DNA from: Selaginella moellendorffii
Taxonomy: Eukaryota > Plantae > Lycopodiophyta
Assembly: GCF_000143415.4 (NCBI RefSeq)
Contig: NW_003314277.1
Location: 614,642 to 678,641 of the forward strand
Length of the DNA: 64,000 nucleotides
Reading direction: 5' to 3'
Part shown: positions 36,301-47,629 of the stretch, in pieces
Layout: the number at the start of each line of letters is the position of its first letter
Position numbering within the stretch: position 1 is the first letter of the stretch
Translations under genes and position numbers: made by a program
Notes under the pieces: generated by a model
What the model saw: only the letters and a program-made list of their open reading frames with translations
The model's database searches: none
What the model was told of the DNA's origin: nothing

Positions 36301-39010
36301 ACACACGGGACACCCTTGAGTAGTGCGGCTCGAAAGAATAGTCCGCCGTAGTTATACTCGACAACGCATTTGCCCTTGGAGTCGGAAGCAGGTGACCCAC
36401 CCGCTATTGCTTTGAAGACCCAGCTGAGCATTTCCCATGCTGCACCAGGAGCTTTCTTTGGATTCGAAAGCTCCATAGCCGTCTTCAGTTCCTCAGGCAC
36501 GGGTAAATTGACCTCCCTCAGATCAATTCGATCGGCTTTGTTGAACGAAGCTGGGAAGTCACTCCAGTCCCACTCTGCTGCAGGACCAATAACAAGGGCG
36601 AGTGTGAAGATGCGGACATTCGTCGGTATCTTCTTCTTAGCCATTATCCCATGGATCTCCCGCATCTCCTTGCCTTTCAACCGAGCCTTCACCTCGTTCA
36701 AGGCCTTCCAGAACTTGTGATAGGATTTGGAGTCATAGATCCTATAGTGGACTGAAGATTCCACCTCCGCAAGTCCCACCATTAAGTCAATGATGGAGCT
36801 GACTTCGTCTGCATGAGTGATCTCCTCGTTTGTGAAGTCCATCACACAAAAGATGTTCTTGACCTGCTCATCTCCGCGGGAAACGATGCTCCTCCACCTT
36901 TGATCCTCATCCGAATTCACATATACCCGGTAAGGTTCTCGATAGGCCTCTGCTGCGGGGTCGAGCTGTTTCTGAAGCCGGCGGTCGACATCCCTCTTAA
37001 TGAAATTTGGATACTGATCCAACTTCTCAGCTTTACTTTTCGTGGCATCCCGCAGCAGATCGATGAACTTGGGGGCCCCCTTCACGTACTCGTCGATGTC
37101 TTCATTTGACAAGTCCAGCTCTTCCATCATCTCTTGCGTGGTGTCGATGCTCACCCTCGCCACGGCCACTTGCTCGAAGATCCAATCCTTCAATAGCGCA
37201 CGAGCTCTCAGAGTCGTGCACAAGTCCTCGTATGTCACAATATGGCCGGGAGTCATTTTGGTCTTGTTGAAGACTACCTCACCACGTAGAAGAGCATTAG
37301 CCACTGTCAGAAGGTCGTCGTCGTCTAGAGACCGCGAGAAACGCAAGGCGTTAAGCTTCAAATCATTGGGCTTCCGGCCGTCCTCCACACCCATTGAGTT
37401 TAGCAACTCCCCGTCATGGTACCTCCTTAGCACATCTACCCATTTGTCAAAAACAACTTTTGTCGCGAGTAGAATGTTATGGATGCTGAGTGTGTCATTG
37501 ACCCCCAGTGTTTTCGAGAGAAGACTCGAGAATTCCTGCAATGGAAATGGCGTGAGGCCACATGCTATGCCACATGCAACGAGGCTTACCTGCCAGGCGC
37601 TAGTTGCTAGTGCACGTCCTTGTCCTGGTTTTTGTGGCTTTTTCAGTTGAACCCAGAGCTTCCGTGTTCGTGCCAATGTCTCGTGCAGACCCGATTTGTA
37701 GCACGTTTCTTGCTTGACATTCTGTGCGTGGGAGATGTATATGATAGATCGGAGGGGCGAGTTGCCTTTTATCAGGCGGACAACTCTTGTCTTGAAGACT
37801 TTCTTCACCTCCTCGCCCACCATAATATCCACAACTATCTGTTGCATCGCCAAGCTAGAATGCTGCCCGGAGACGGCATAGAACCGGATGTTCTGATCGT
37901 CCAACACCTTCCTATTGATCAAGTCTGGAAACCTCGTCTCACCCTTCATTGTTCGGTAGTAGGGGATCACGTCTGCGATGTCGGGTGTTACTGGACTTGC
38001 CAGCATCTTCTGCTTCAGTTTCTCCACCCACTCATCAGATACTAGCCTGTGGTTGTATTTGCTTTGGATCTCGATACGGCTCACGTCGATTGTATATACT
38101 TTGTTGGAATAGTAACAAGTACTATTATCTGCAACGATTTTTGCTGCCTCTTCTTGCTCTTTCTGCTCTTTGCGGCTCTTCTTTTTGGTGGGTGTAGTGT
38201 TCGAACCCGAGGCAATGGCATCACCGAGTAGCTTCTTTTTTGGAGCAGCAGAGTCGGACGTCGGCTTGAGCTTGACCACCCTTTTCTGCTTCGGGGTAGT
38301 TTCCAGATCGACCCCCTTCCCCTTCGCTTCGCAAACTGGAGGCACTCTCAACGGCTCAATGTTGGAATATAGTTTTTGAACATCGCCGTAGGTGAGGTCC
38401 GTGGATTCCATGTGATCTTCATAGACCCGCAGCGTCTTTGAAATTATGGGCCTCCTGGACAACTTCTCCCTAGCTCCCTCTAGGAATTCCTCATAGCCGC
38501 TGCCCCCCTCCGGGAAGCCACTAGGATGTGCAAGGTGGATCTTGAAGGCGGACGCTGTCTCTACCACAAGTGCCAGTCCATATTCTTGCATGGAACTGCA
38601 TGGAGTGTCTGTCACTTGGATGAGGATCCCCATGCATTCTTTTCTCCCACCATCTGTGTTGTACAGCATCAGATCCTCGCCTTCCATCCCAAAAGTCCAA
38701 CTGGTGAGCTCCTCCCCCTTCTCTGCATCCACATTGACAGTGGCTGGAAGAAGAACGCAATTCCTCGCCTGTTCAGAAATGCACAACAATTAGAGCTGAC
38801 AGATGAAAAGCTAGCAACTGGAAATAACGTGAGGCCACACGCCATTCACCACTGCATCAGATGTCTTGAGGCTGCATCCTAAGATGGCGTGAGGCTACAC
38901 GCCATCTGTAACCGGACTGCACTCGAGAGCCCAATCGGTGCATGCCAATGTTGCTACTGAATGGCATGTGGCCTCATGCCATTTTCTACTTCGTCAAAAA
39001 GACTTACCAT
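33379..39010 (-). pseudogene. 11-exon, ~1645-aa gene: ParB/Srx-like + methyltransferase-like + acidic/low-complexity linker + FCP1/NIF-type HAD phosphatase; two in-frame TAGs
   Basis: Manual GT-AG model: 39010-39008, 38768-37590, 37535-36212, 36161-36075, 36019-35948, 35898-35755, 35707-35141, 35083-35069, 35019-34912, 34864-34289, 34241-33379 (4938 nt, frame conserved at all 10 introns). Motifs IDVSRI..HRLVSDEWVEKLK and FYAVSGQHSSLA (ParB-N-like); IVFDLNGVL, VWTS, IIDDSPIK (HAD). TAGs at 35682-35684 and 35613-35615. Confidence 0.75.
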
Positions 39011-40584
39011 TTGAAGCCGAATGGAGGCCGTGACAATCGAGGCCGGACTCGCTGGCGAATGTGCACTGTGTGTGCAGCGGATCGTAGCAGCAAGGCTACT
39101 CTGCCACTTACAGTTGGAGAGTGGCGCTGAAATCTCCCGGGACGCCAAGTGGGCTGCGTGTGGGTGGCGGAGTGGGCGGCGGAGTTGGCGGCGAAGTTAC
39201 AAACTGGGTGTGTCTTGAAGTGGACGCTGATGCACACGAGCGCGATGCGAGCGCGAGTGTGATGCAAGCGCGAGTGGACGCCGATGCACACGAGAAACCT
39301 GTAGAGAAGTGAGCGTGATCGCGAGTGGGAGCACGATGCGAGCGGGAGCGCGAGTGTGCGAGCGCGAGTACAAAGCAAAATGCAAAACCTAACCTCACAC
39401 GCGCGAAATGTCACAACGGTTGGTAATCCCGCCACGTCATCATTCCTCGGACTTGGGCGCCACCATTAATTTCTGGATTGCCGTGCGCATGCAAGCACGC
39501 AAAATCCAAAAGAAATCCGCAACGTCATCATTCCTCGGACTGCATGCACGCGAAATCCAAAAGAAAGATCATGATTGGGATATCATTTAATACCCTCGCT
39601 ATATTTATACCATGCATGATTGGATATTCCAAAGCATCTTGTATTTCCAAAAATGGCAGATGTTCAGCTAAATAAAGAAATTCTATCTGTTTCTATTTTT
39701 CTCTCAAATCAATATTATAGCGTGTGGGCTCATGCAATTTTGAACCAAAGAAACCCAAAAAACGTTGGACCCAAAATATTTTGAAAAAACCCAAAAAACC
39801 CTAAACATTTTAAACCCAAAAATCCAGGCGTCCTGTGGCGTTATTCCTTCAATGGCGTGTGGGCGCATGCCATTTTCAGGGCCAAATGCTGAATGGAGAA
39901 AAATTCCCTTTCAGTGCAAATGCTGCAAGAGGCAGATGCCGAGCACAAAGGACTGTAACTACCTCACATGACACAGATAAACTTTTCTCTATTTGGCAAA
40001 GATAAACTTTATAGCGTGTGGGCTCATGCAATTTTGAACCCAAGAAATGCACCAAAAAATTCTCGGCGTCATCTGGCATTATCTCTTGAATGGCGTGGGG
40101 CCGCATGCCATTTTCAGGGGCACATAGGAGTATATTCCTAGGATATTCTGACACGCGCGAGATTTTTTTGAGTTTTCAGGAGATCCAACCGTTAGATCGC
40201 AACTAGATTTTACAGAATGGTATACAATGTCTTTCTTGATGACCCTGCAAAGAAGCATCTCGATCGGACACCACATGAGACCACACGAGCCTTACAATGT
40301 TTCAGGGGCATTTGCCATAGATCCGACCGTTATTTTGCTCCAAGATTTTACAGTTTGGTGTGCATTGACCTTTCCATCGACACTGCAAAGGGATATCACA
40401 ATCAGATGCGGGATCACAAGAAACTAACTTCACTAACTCTGGTTTCACCAAGATCTACGTAAGGAGTTATGAAATGAAAGGACCCTCTCTATTGAAATGT
40501 GTTTATGGTCCTAGGGGCATTGTGACATATCAAAGGATTTTGCATCAAGTTCTGTATTTGCATGTTTATCAAGCTATTGAATTG

Positions 40585-40618
40585 CTAAACCCTAAACCCT
40601 AAACCCTAAACCCTAAAC
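40585..40618 (+). repeat. Interstitial plant telomeric repeat (CCCTAAA)4+
   Basis: ctaaaccctaaaccctaaaccctaaaccctaaac. Confidence 0.9.
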
Positions 40619-41140
40619 ATGTGGCAAATGCTGCGTGAAGAAAGATGCCCTTTCTGGGCAAATGCTGTAAGAGGCAGATGCCGAGCAGATGTATCTCAGG
40701 CTAGCGAAGGGGACAAACGAAAGCTAGCTATAAACATGACGGGATGCAAATAGATTACTAGGCTGGTCCTGCAAAAATCAAAAACCATAATTGAAAACAT
40801 TGAAAATGCAAAAAGAAAGGTTTATAATATTTTTGAATTTTAGACAACCAAAGGAATGTAAGTAGGGCATGTGTTTGTAAGTTTAAAAATGCCTCAACCA
40901 CTTAAATTCCCAAGTAAATAAAGCTGTTTCTATTTTTGGTACAGGTAAACTTTATAGCGTGTGGGCTCATGCAATTTTGAACCCAAAAATGCACCAAAAA
41001 ATGCTCGACTAGCATTATTCTTTGAATGGCGTGTGGCCTTATGTCGAGCATTATTCTTTGAATGGCGTGTGGCCTTATATTGCCATAAATGGACGTACAC
41101 ACACAGCATAATTATTCCTTTACACGGCGAATAATCTTGG

Positions 41141-41158
41141 CGCGGATCGCTGACATGG
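41141..41158. promoter_or_regulatory. Histone-promoter type I element-like site (octamer + hexamer)
   Basis: CGCGGATCGCTGACATGG versus CGCGGATCGNTGACGTGG (revcomp of CCACGTCANCGATCCGCG), 1 mismatch. Confidence 0.5.
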
Positions 41159-41948
41159 CATGGCAAAGTTCGAATCACTGACATGGCACAGCTGGATTGA
41201 GGCAAGGACATGATGTGACAAAGTTCAACCTCCGACAGCAAAGTCTAGAAGCTACTCAGTTTGAAATTTGTCAGAGGAATCATAAGATCTGGTTTGTCAG
41301 AGGATTTGATGTGACGTTCAAGCGTGTGTTATTTTTGAATTCTCGAACTCATTCCTAGGTCTATCATTTTTGTGCGCCGTGTTCTTGGTTCCGCTGAGCA
41401 CAGTGAGCGCTGCTTGTGTAAGCAGCGTTGTGGGCTGTGGTTTATGCGTCTACGAGCGGTTGCGGCATTGTGAGCGCCATTGCGAGCGGCAGTTTATGCG
41501 AGTGGCAGTTTGTGCGAGCGGCGCTACGAGCAGTTGCGGTGTTGCGAGCGGCGCTACGAGTAGTTGCGGTGTTGCGAGCGGCACTGTCTTTGGTGTGGCT
41601 ACCGCTTCCTCTTGATATTCAGCACTTGTGCTTCCTGGTATGTTCACCATGGAATGGCTTAGGACCACATTTAGAAATGGCATGAGGCCACATGCCATCT
41701 TGGGCCCTTGCAATTTCATGGCTAGCGTATTGTCATGTATGTTTTTACTTGCCTGCAGCTGTGTGTATATCAAGATGGCATGAGGCCTCATGCCAATTTT
41801 GTGAATGCGAAATTTCACGTGGGTGTCAATAGCATGTTTGAATAATGGCATGTGGCCTCATGCTATTGAGGTTGTTTGGTATGTTATGATTTAGGCCATT
41901 CTCCAATCATTTTTTGTATGGTCTTAACTTCTTTTCTGCACTTTCAGA

Positions 41949-44900
41949 ATGGCCTTCAGGGTTGGGGAAAAGGTTTACATTTTGAATGGTGGGAAGAGAG
42001 TTGCAAAAGGGACCCTTGTGTCTATGGATCGGAACTTTGTTATACACTGTCAAAGGCTTGGGGAAGGCAATGCTGCTGTATCAGTAGAGACTGTCTTCGA
42101 TGGGAATGTGGTCGCTATTGAACGAGGAGAGATGGTCGTCGGGGTAAATGTTGTTGTTGCCTTGAAAAATCTTCAGAAGAAAGCAGATGTTGGGGACAGC
42201 GCAAGTGCGACGCATGTTCCCTCCATGGATCTTAAGAACCGTGCTACATGGATTCAGGCGAAGGTGTTTCTAAACAACCCCGAGGGGGAGGTGGTAGCTG
42301 AGGGCTTAGCCACAGTTGTCGATCCAAGAGATGCGGTTGCTAATCAAGAATTGGGCTGGGATGATATTAGAGTTGCGATTTTAGAGGTTGTTGACACAGA
42401 AGAAAACAGTCTGACTATTGGAAGCATTGTGCGGTGGAAATTGAGGCACTTAGTGTTTGAGAATGTGAAGGATTCACAATCAAACACCACTACAATTAAT
42501 GACAGAACATCTCTTCATGGGAAAAGAAAGTACACCTTCCTAAAGCGCAGCCAAAGGGATCTGAGCAACGAACCGAAAAGGCAGAAAATGGCGATGGAGG
42601 TTCAAATGGTCTCGACAGTTGCTTGTTGCAAGAGGAGGTGCTGTCAACATGCTATTGAAGAGGAGAGAGCAAGATACAAGACATTGTCTTGGAAGGCAGC
42701 TCGCAATTTTGTGTATGAGGCATTACGGTCATCTGTTGATGCTTCAGAACATCAGGTGGGGGGCATGGTCTTCCAGAGGGGTTTGGTCTGCATGAAGGCA
42801 TGGAGAATCATTTATGGAGTCCCTCGAACCACATTCTACAGAATCAAAACTGAGTTCGAGGAACAAAGGGTTCAATAGGCAGTCCATGGGAACGACGGTA
42901 CTCACAAAACCAGGGGTCATGTTGTATATGGAGAGGCAATCTTCAAGAGGTTTGTCGAGACATGTAGCGAGCAGCAACCACATAAAACCCGGCTCTTGGA
43001 AGATGGAACACGAGACACCCAACGAGTTCTCCCTTCCATGTATACCAAGGGGGCCATATTGGAAGATGTGAATCGGGAACTCCAGAGTAATGGCTACAGG
43101 AAGCTGAGCCAATCTAGATTTAGTAGATTGTGGAGCAACAGGTTCAGGGATGTGAGTATAGGAAAGTACTCCAGCTTTTCAAAGTGTGACGAGTGCACTG
43201 CTATCAAAATGGCTTTGTCGAAGAATTCTTGCAGCGCTCAAGAGCGAGAGACGTTGGTTAGAAGGCGGCTCGACCACAACATCGAGCAGAGAAGCTGCAG
43301 GACTGCATATTATCATAACAGGATTCTCTCCATAGAGAGACCTGACTCTTACCTCTGCATCATCCACGACAAAATGGACCAGAAAAAGACGTGCTTACCT
43401 CGACTCAATCCTGCCCCCAAGGCAATCTCTTCATCCATGCAGCTGCCTGTGTCTCTGTTTGGCATAATCGCTCATGGGCATGGTGCCCAGAACTATGGGA
43501 ACTTCTTTGTACCTCTATGGGGTGGCGGGGGTGCAAACATGATGATTGCATCCCTAGCAAAACACTTAAGGTCTCTGCAAAGTGCGCAGACTGAGCTGAA
43601 CGGCCAACCCTTGCATAAGGCCCTTGTCGATCGAACCCCATACAGGGTTCAGCTGGAGGAGGAGCAAAGGCTTGCAGTATCGCGTGGGGCCCCATGCCAT
43701 CCCAGTGAATATGTTGGCCATCAGATTGTAGGGTTATCACGTGAGGCCTCATGCCATTCCGACGAGGCTGGTCGCCCGGTGAATGCACAGCCTCATCCAA
43801 ACGAAGCAGAATCTCAAGGAAGTTCTTGCGGCCGATGTGGCCTTCCACCCCATCTTCTGCTCCAAACAGACAATGCTGGCAGTGAGAACAAAAACATGTA
43901 CGTCTTCGCGTACTTGGCGATGCTTGTTGCCAAAGGCATATTTGAAACGGTTACACTTGGCTTTCTCATGGTTGGGCACACTCATGAAGACGTCGATGCC
44001 ATGTTCAGTCACCTGGCAGAGTCCCTCCGGCGATCCAATGTCCTCACCCTCCCACAACTCTACGATGAATTCCAAAATTGCATCAAAGGCACTGTTGAAG
44101 CTGCACTTCTGACAGAGGTTCCAGACTTTAAGGGGTTTGTAAGAGGCTACATCAGGGATGGATCCAAAACGCTGATTGGCCACTCCAAGCCTCTTCAGTT
44201 TCATTTCAGCATGTGTGACGGTGCTCCAGTGATGAGGTACAAGATGAGAGAATGGGACACAGTGTGGCTGCCAGTGGACGGCATTGAACTCTTCAAGAGA
44301 GATCCCATAACTGGGGAACCTATGATTCCTCAGGGTTCCCCACGGCCGATGCACCCGGATGGACTCAAAGACCAGGAAAGTATAGTGGCCGGGATTAGAC
44401 AGCATATTGCCTTCTGGAAGAGGGGGTTGGTGTTTGGTGGAGAATCCTATTTTCAGAGGTGCAAGCCTTTGCTCGAATACTGGGAGAAGATTATATCTGC
44501 TATCCAAAATGGGCCGGTTATATATGAAGAATTGGAAGAGTCCTTTTGGCCAGAACCCAGAGCACCAGATAGTAGCGGAACAATGTCCTCTGGAAATGCA
44601 GTGACAGATAACGATGTTGAGGATCACTATTGTGGGCCGAGGAACAAGAAGCCGGATTCAGCATTCAATCCAGTACAGGTCTGCAAAGGAATGGTCGTGC
44701 TTGTCAGACCCAGTAATAAAAAACAAATGATATGGGTGGGGCGCTGCATCACTGATGCAGAGGAGGACGCGGAAACTAACTCCTTCAATGTAACTGTGGA
44801 GTGGTTCAAGCCAAGTTCCGGATATACGAACGATTGCCTAGAAAAGAGATGGGTGCTGAATCCAAGGGATCCCAGCATGAGCATATCGGTGGATAATGTT

Positions 44901-45078
44901 GTGCATGGTTGGATGCGGAAGCAGAGTGCCACCATCACCTTGCCAGACCATGCAAGAGATGCAGCAAGAGCATTCATAACCCGGGTTCAAGGTGAGATTC
45001 ATTAATATTCCTTTACTAAGTTTCTAATGTATTTTATTTCAAGGTGAACAATCCGAATCTGAATCAGAGGAGGCGTGA
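41949..45078 (+). pseudogene. Sola1-like DDD transposase (~1025 aa) with one premature TAG
   Basis: ORFs 41949-42878 and 42996-45005 share a frame and are split only by TAG 42876-42878. Motifs CCKRRC, CMKAWRIIYGV, HGN, FSKCDEC, HDKMDQ, QTDNAGSENKN, FLMVGHTHEDVD. Probable last intron 44992-45043 and 5' UTR intron 41638-41947. Confidence 0.75.
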
Positions 45079-46610
45079 TGGCATGTGGCCTTACGCCATT
45101 CCTAGGTGAGATGATACAAATAACAAGTATAAATTCTTAGTTGTTCTAGCAAATCTTACTTAAAGTTCAAGGTGAACAAACCGAATATGAATTCATCGGA
45201 TTGTTATAACAAATTGCGAGGTGATGGCATGAGGCGATACGCCATTTGAGAGTGGTAGCCATTCCTATATGAGGTGAGTGAAGTATTTATTAGAAATACC
45301 TCATTCAATTGTGCACTTCTAAGTCTTGGTCCACTTAGTACTGTTTGCATGTTTTTATTTTAATTCTTTCTCTAAAATGTTATTTAGCATGTGGCTTCAT
45401 GCCATTGCTCTCCACAATCATGCATTGAATTTCTATCCTTGCATAATACTTCTCCATATATATAGCATGTGCGCACATGTGATATGGTTCATTAGGCCTG
45501 ATATAGTGTGTGAGGTAAAACAAAGATGATGTGACATATGCATTTACCAATCACACGTGCATAAATCTAATAATATGGCGTGTGGCCCATATTAATGGCA
45601 CATAAACCCATATTGTGGGCTTACGTGCTTTATGTACCATCATTCCCTTGCAGCGTGTGTGTTGGTTTCCTTTTATAACACAACGAACTCCATATTTTAG
45701 GGTGAAGAGCGTTCTCATGGCAAGCACAAAATCTGTAAGTGAGGCAGAAAAGGAGACGGAGAAGGAGATAGGTGAAGATGTAGAATATATAAGTCTTCCA
45801 AACTCCCCGTACTATACTCCAGGTGATCATTTTTCTGAACAAACGGCAACATTAACAACTATTGAGAACGCCCCAGTAACGTCAGAGACAACAATCCAAA
45901 GCAAAACAACTGACCCGGAGAAGGATGATAGTACCGCTGAGAGTACCAAAAAGGAGGTGTCCACTAGCGCTTAGGCTTATAATGGCGTGTGCCCTCATGC
46001 CATTTACTTGATCACCAAATACCTTTTTCCCTTTGCACTAGTATATCTTAATACCGGTCTGAGAAATAGAATGGCATGTGCCCTCAGGCCTTTTACTAAA
46101 TCACCTTTGAAAGAAATGCAAGCCTCTATGTCGTAAAAAAAAGGTACTAGAGAAATTCCTTAATAATATGAATGTTATTTAGTTTCATGAAAATACACTA
46201 AGGGTCAAATGAGTTAAATGACTTCTCCAGACTAGCAATGCCTCTTGCTACACCTTCACAATTAGATTCGTTAGAAAAAGATAACATTGAATAATATCTA
46301 AATGTTCTCACCATTAAGTTATATGTCTGGCTAATAGGAATGATGTTCATCTTGGAAAGCTCACCACACGCTCAATGAACAAACAAATAGTGTGTGCGCG
46401 CATGCCATCGCTCTTCTTTAGCTTCAGATTCGACTTGTTCACCTTGACAATGAGATTTATTATACAACTAGATGGACTCAGTCTGGACATAAGGTCACCG
46501 CGCTAGTCACCATGCCCCAGATATGTCTAGCCCCTAGACAAAAAACATATAATTTCACGTCATTTTCAAATACTTGAAAATTTGTACCTAGTCCCATTTT
46601 ACTGAATAAA

Positions 46611-46632
46611 TCCCACTTTAACGAAATAGAGC
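46611..46632 (-). repeat. Right TIR
   Basis: tcccactttaacgaaatagagc. Confidence 0.9.
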
Positions 46633-47629
46633 ATCAGAGAAGTTTTTCAGGTTTCGGTATCTACATTCACTTTTCTTTGTGATGAGCTTGCTCCAAAATT
46701 GGTCAGGAGGCCTCCTCTAGGTTTGGTAGAAATACCAGGGCGGCACTTGCCTGTTTCAAAGCAAGTAGCTATTGCTTTGAAACGTTTGGCATCTGGGGAT
46801 ATGTGGTGAACAATTGGTGATGCATTTGGAGTGGCTTCATGCACTGCCCAAGCTTGTCTATGCCGTTTCAGGTATGCATTGCTTGAGCATGAAGGACTAA
46901 TGATCCATTAGCCGGATGAGGAGGGAATGAAAGAAGTTATAACTGGATTTCAAAGATTGCGTGGATTCCCAAACTGTTGTGGTGCAATGGATTGCACTCA
47001 CATTGCAATCGAGCTCCCAGGATCAAAGGATGCAACGGATTGGTATGCTAGGGCAAAAAAGTACTACTCAATGGTAGTTCAAGCCGTGGTAGACAATAAG
47101 ATTTTATTCCTTGACATAACAACAGGGTTAGCAGATAGTGTTCCAGATAGACGAGTTTGGAATTCTAGTGGTTTGAAGAAGGCTTGGATTGAGAAGAAGT
47201 GTTTATGTGGTCCAGTGTACCACACAGAGTTTGGGGACATTCCACAATATATCAGATGGAGGATATGACTATGCTTTACCAGTGTTGGTCCCATATCCAA
47301 ATAGGTTTCATGGCAAAGAGCAGTACAACTTCCTTCATTCTTCTACGAGGATTGTTGTCGAGCAATCGTTTGGAATTTTAAAGAGACAATGGAAATTGCT
47401 AGCTCGGAAAGGATTCAGAGGTCATCCAGGCATCCTTGCGAATAACATCATGGCCTGTTGTGTGCTACATAACTTAATGATTACACGGAATGATAGGTTC
47501 ATGGAAGATTTTGACCCCGACAAATTTAACCATGATGCAGGCTACCTTCCACAAAGGTCTCTTCGTTCAGCTAAAGATGGCATAGCATTGAGAGACATAG
47601 TGGAAAAGTTTATAGAGAGCTTAGAGTGA
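46633..47629 (+). pseudogene. PIF/Harbinger transposase, 5'-truncated, frameshifted
   Basis: TFTFLCDEL, GFPNCCGAMDCTHIAI, SMVVQAVVD, DGGY, RIVVEQSFGILKRQW, IMACCVLHN. Confidence 0.9.

Larger units (their letters stand above)
33323..46408. repeat. Dispersed 22-bp palindrome ATGGCRTG-WGGCCW-CAYGCCAT, ~30 copies
   Basis: Copies start at about 33323, 34400, 34475, 35717, 35908, 36048, 37547, 38824, 38884, 38961, 39717, 39852, 40011, 40090, 40954, 41026, 41062, 41677, 41775, 41845, 43679, 43736, 45078, 45224, 45384, 45462, 45575, 45982, 46071, 46387 (some degenerate). Confidence 0.92.
32939..46632. mobile_element. 13.7-kb TIR DNA transposon with Sola1-like transposase and ParB/MTase-like/HAD second gene
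   Basis: Perfect 22-bp TIRs GCTCTATTTCGTTAAAGTGGGA at 32939-32960 and 46611-46632; two divergent genes; ~30 internal 22-bp palindromes; both ends cut other elements; no TSD visible. Confidence 0.85.

Noticed and set aside
45615-45974. Possible third ORF in the TIR element (MASTKSVSE... from 45717)
   Set aside because: Short, low-complexity, and no supportable domain or exon chain.
33323-46408. CRISPR-like interpretation of the palindromic repeats
   Set aside because: Spacing is irregular (tens of bp to over 1 kb), copies lie in introns and CDS, there are no cas genes, and the context is eukaryotic.
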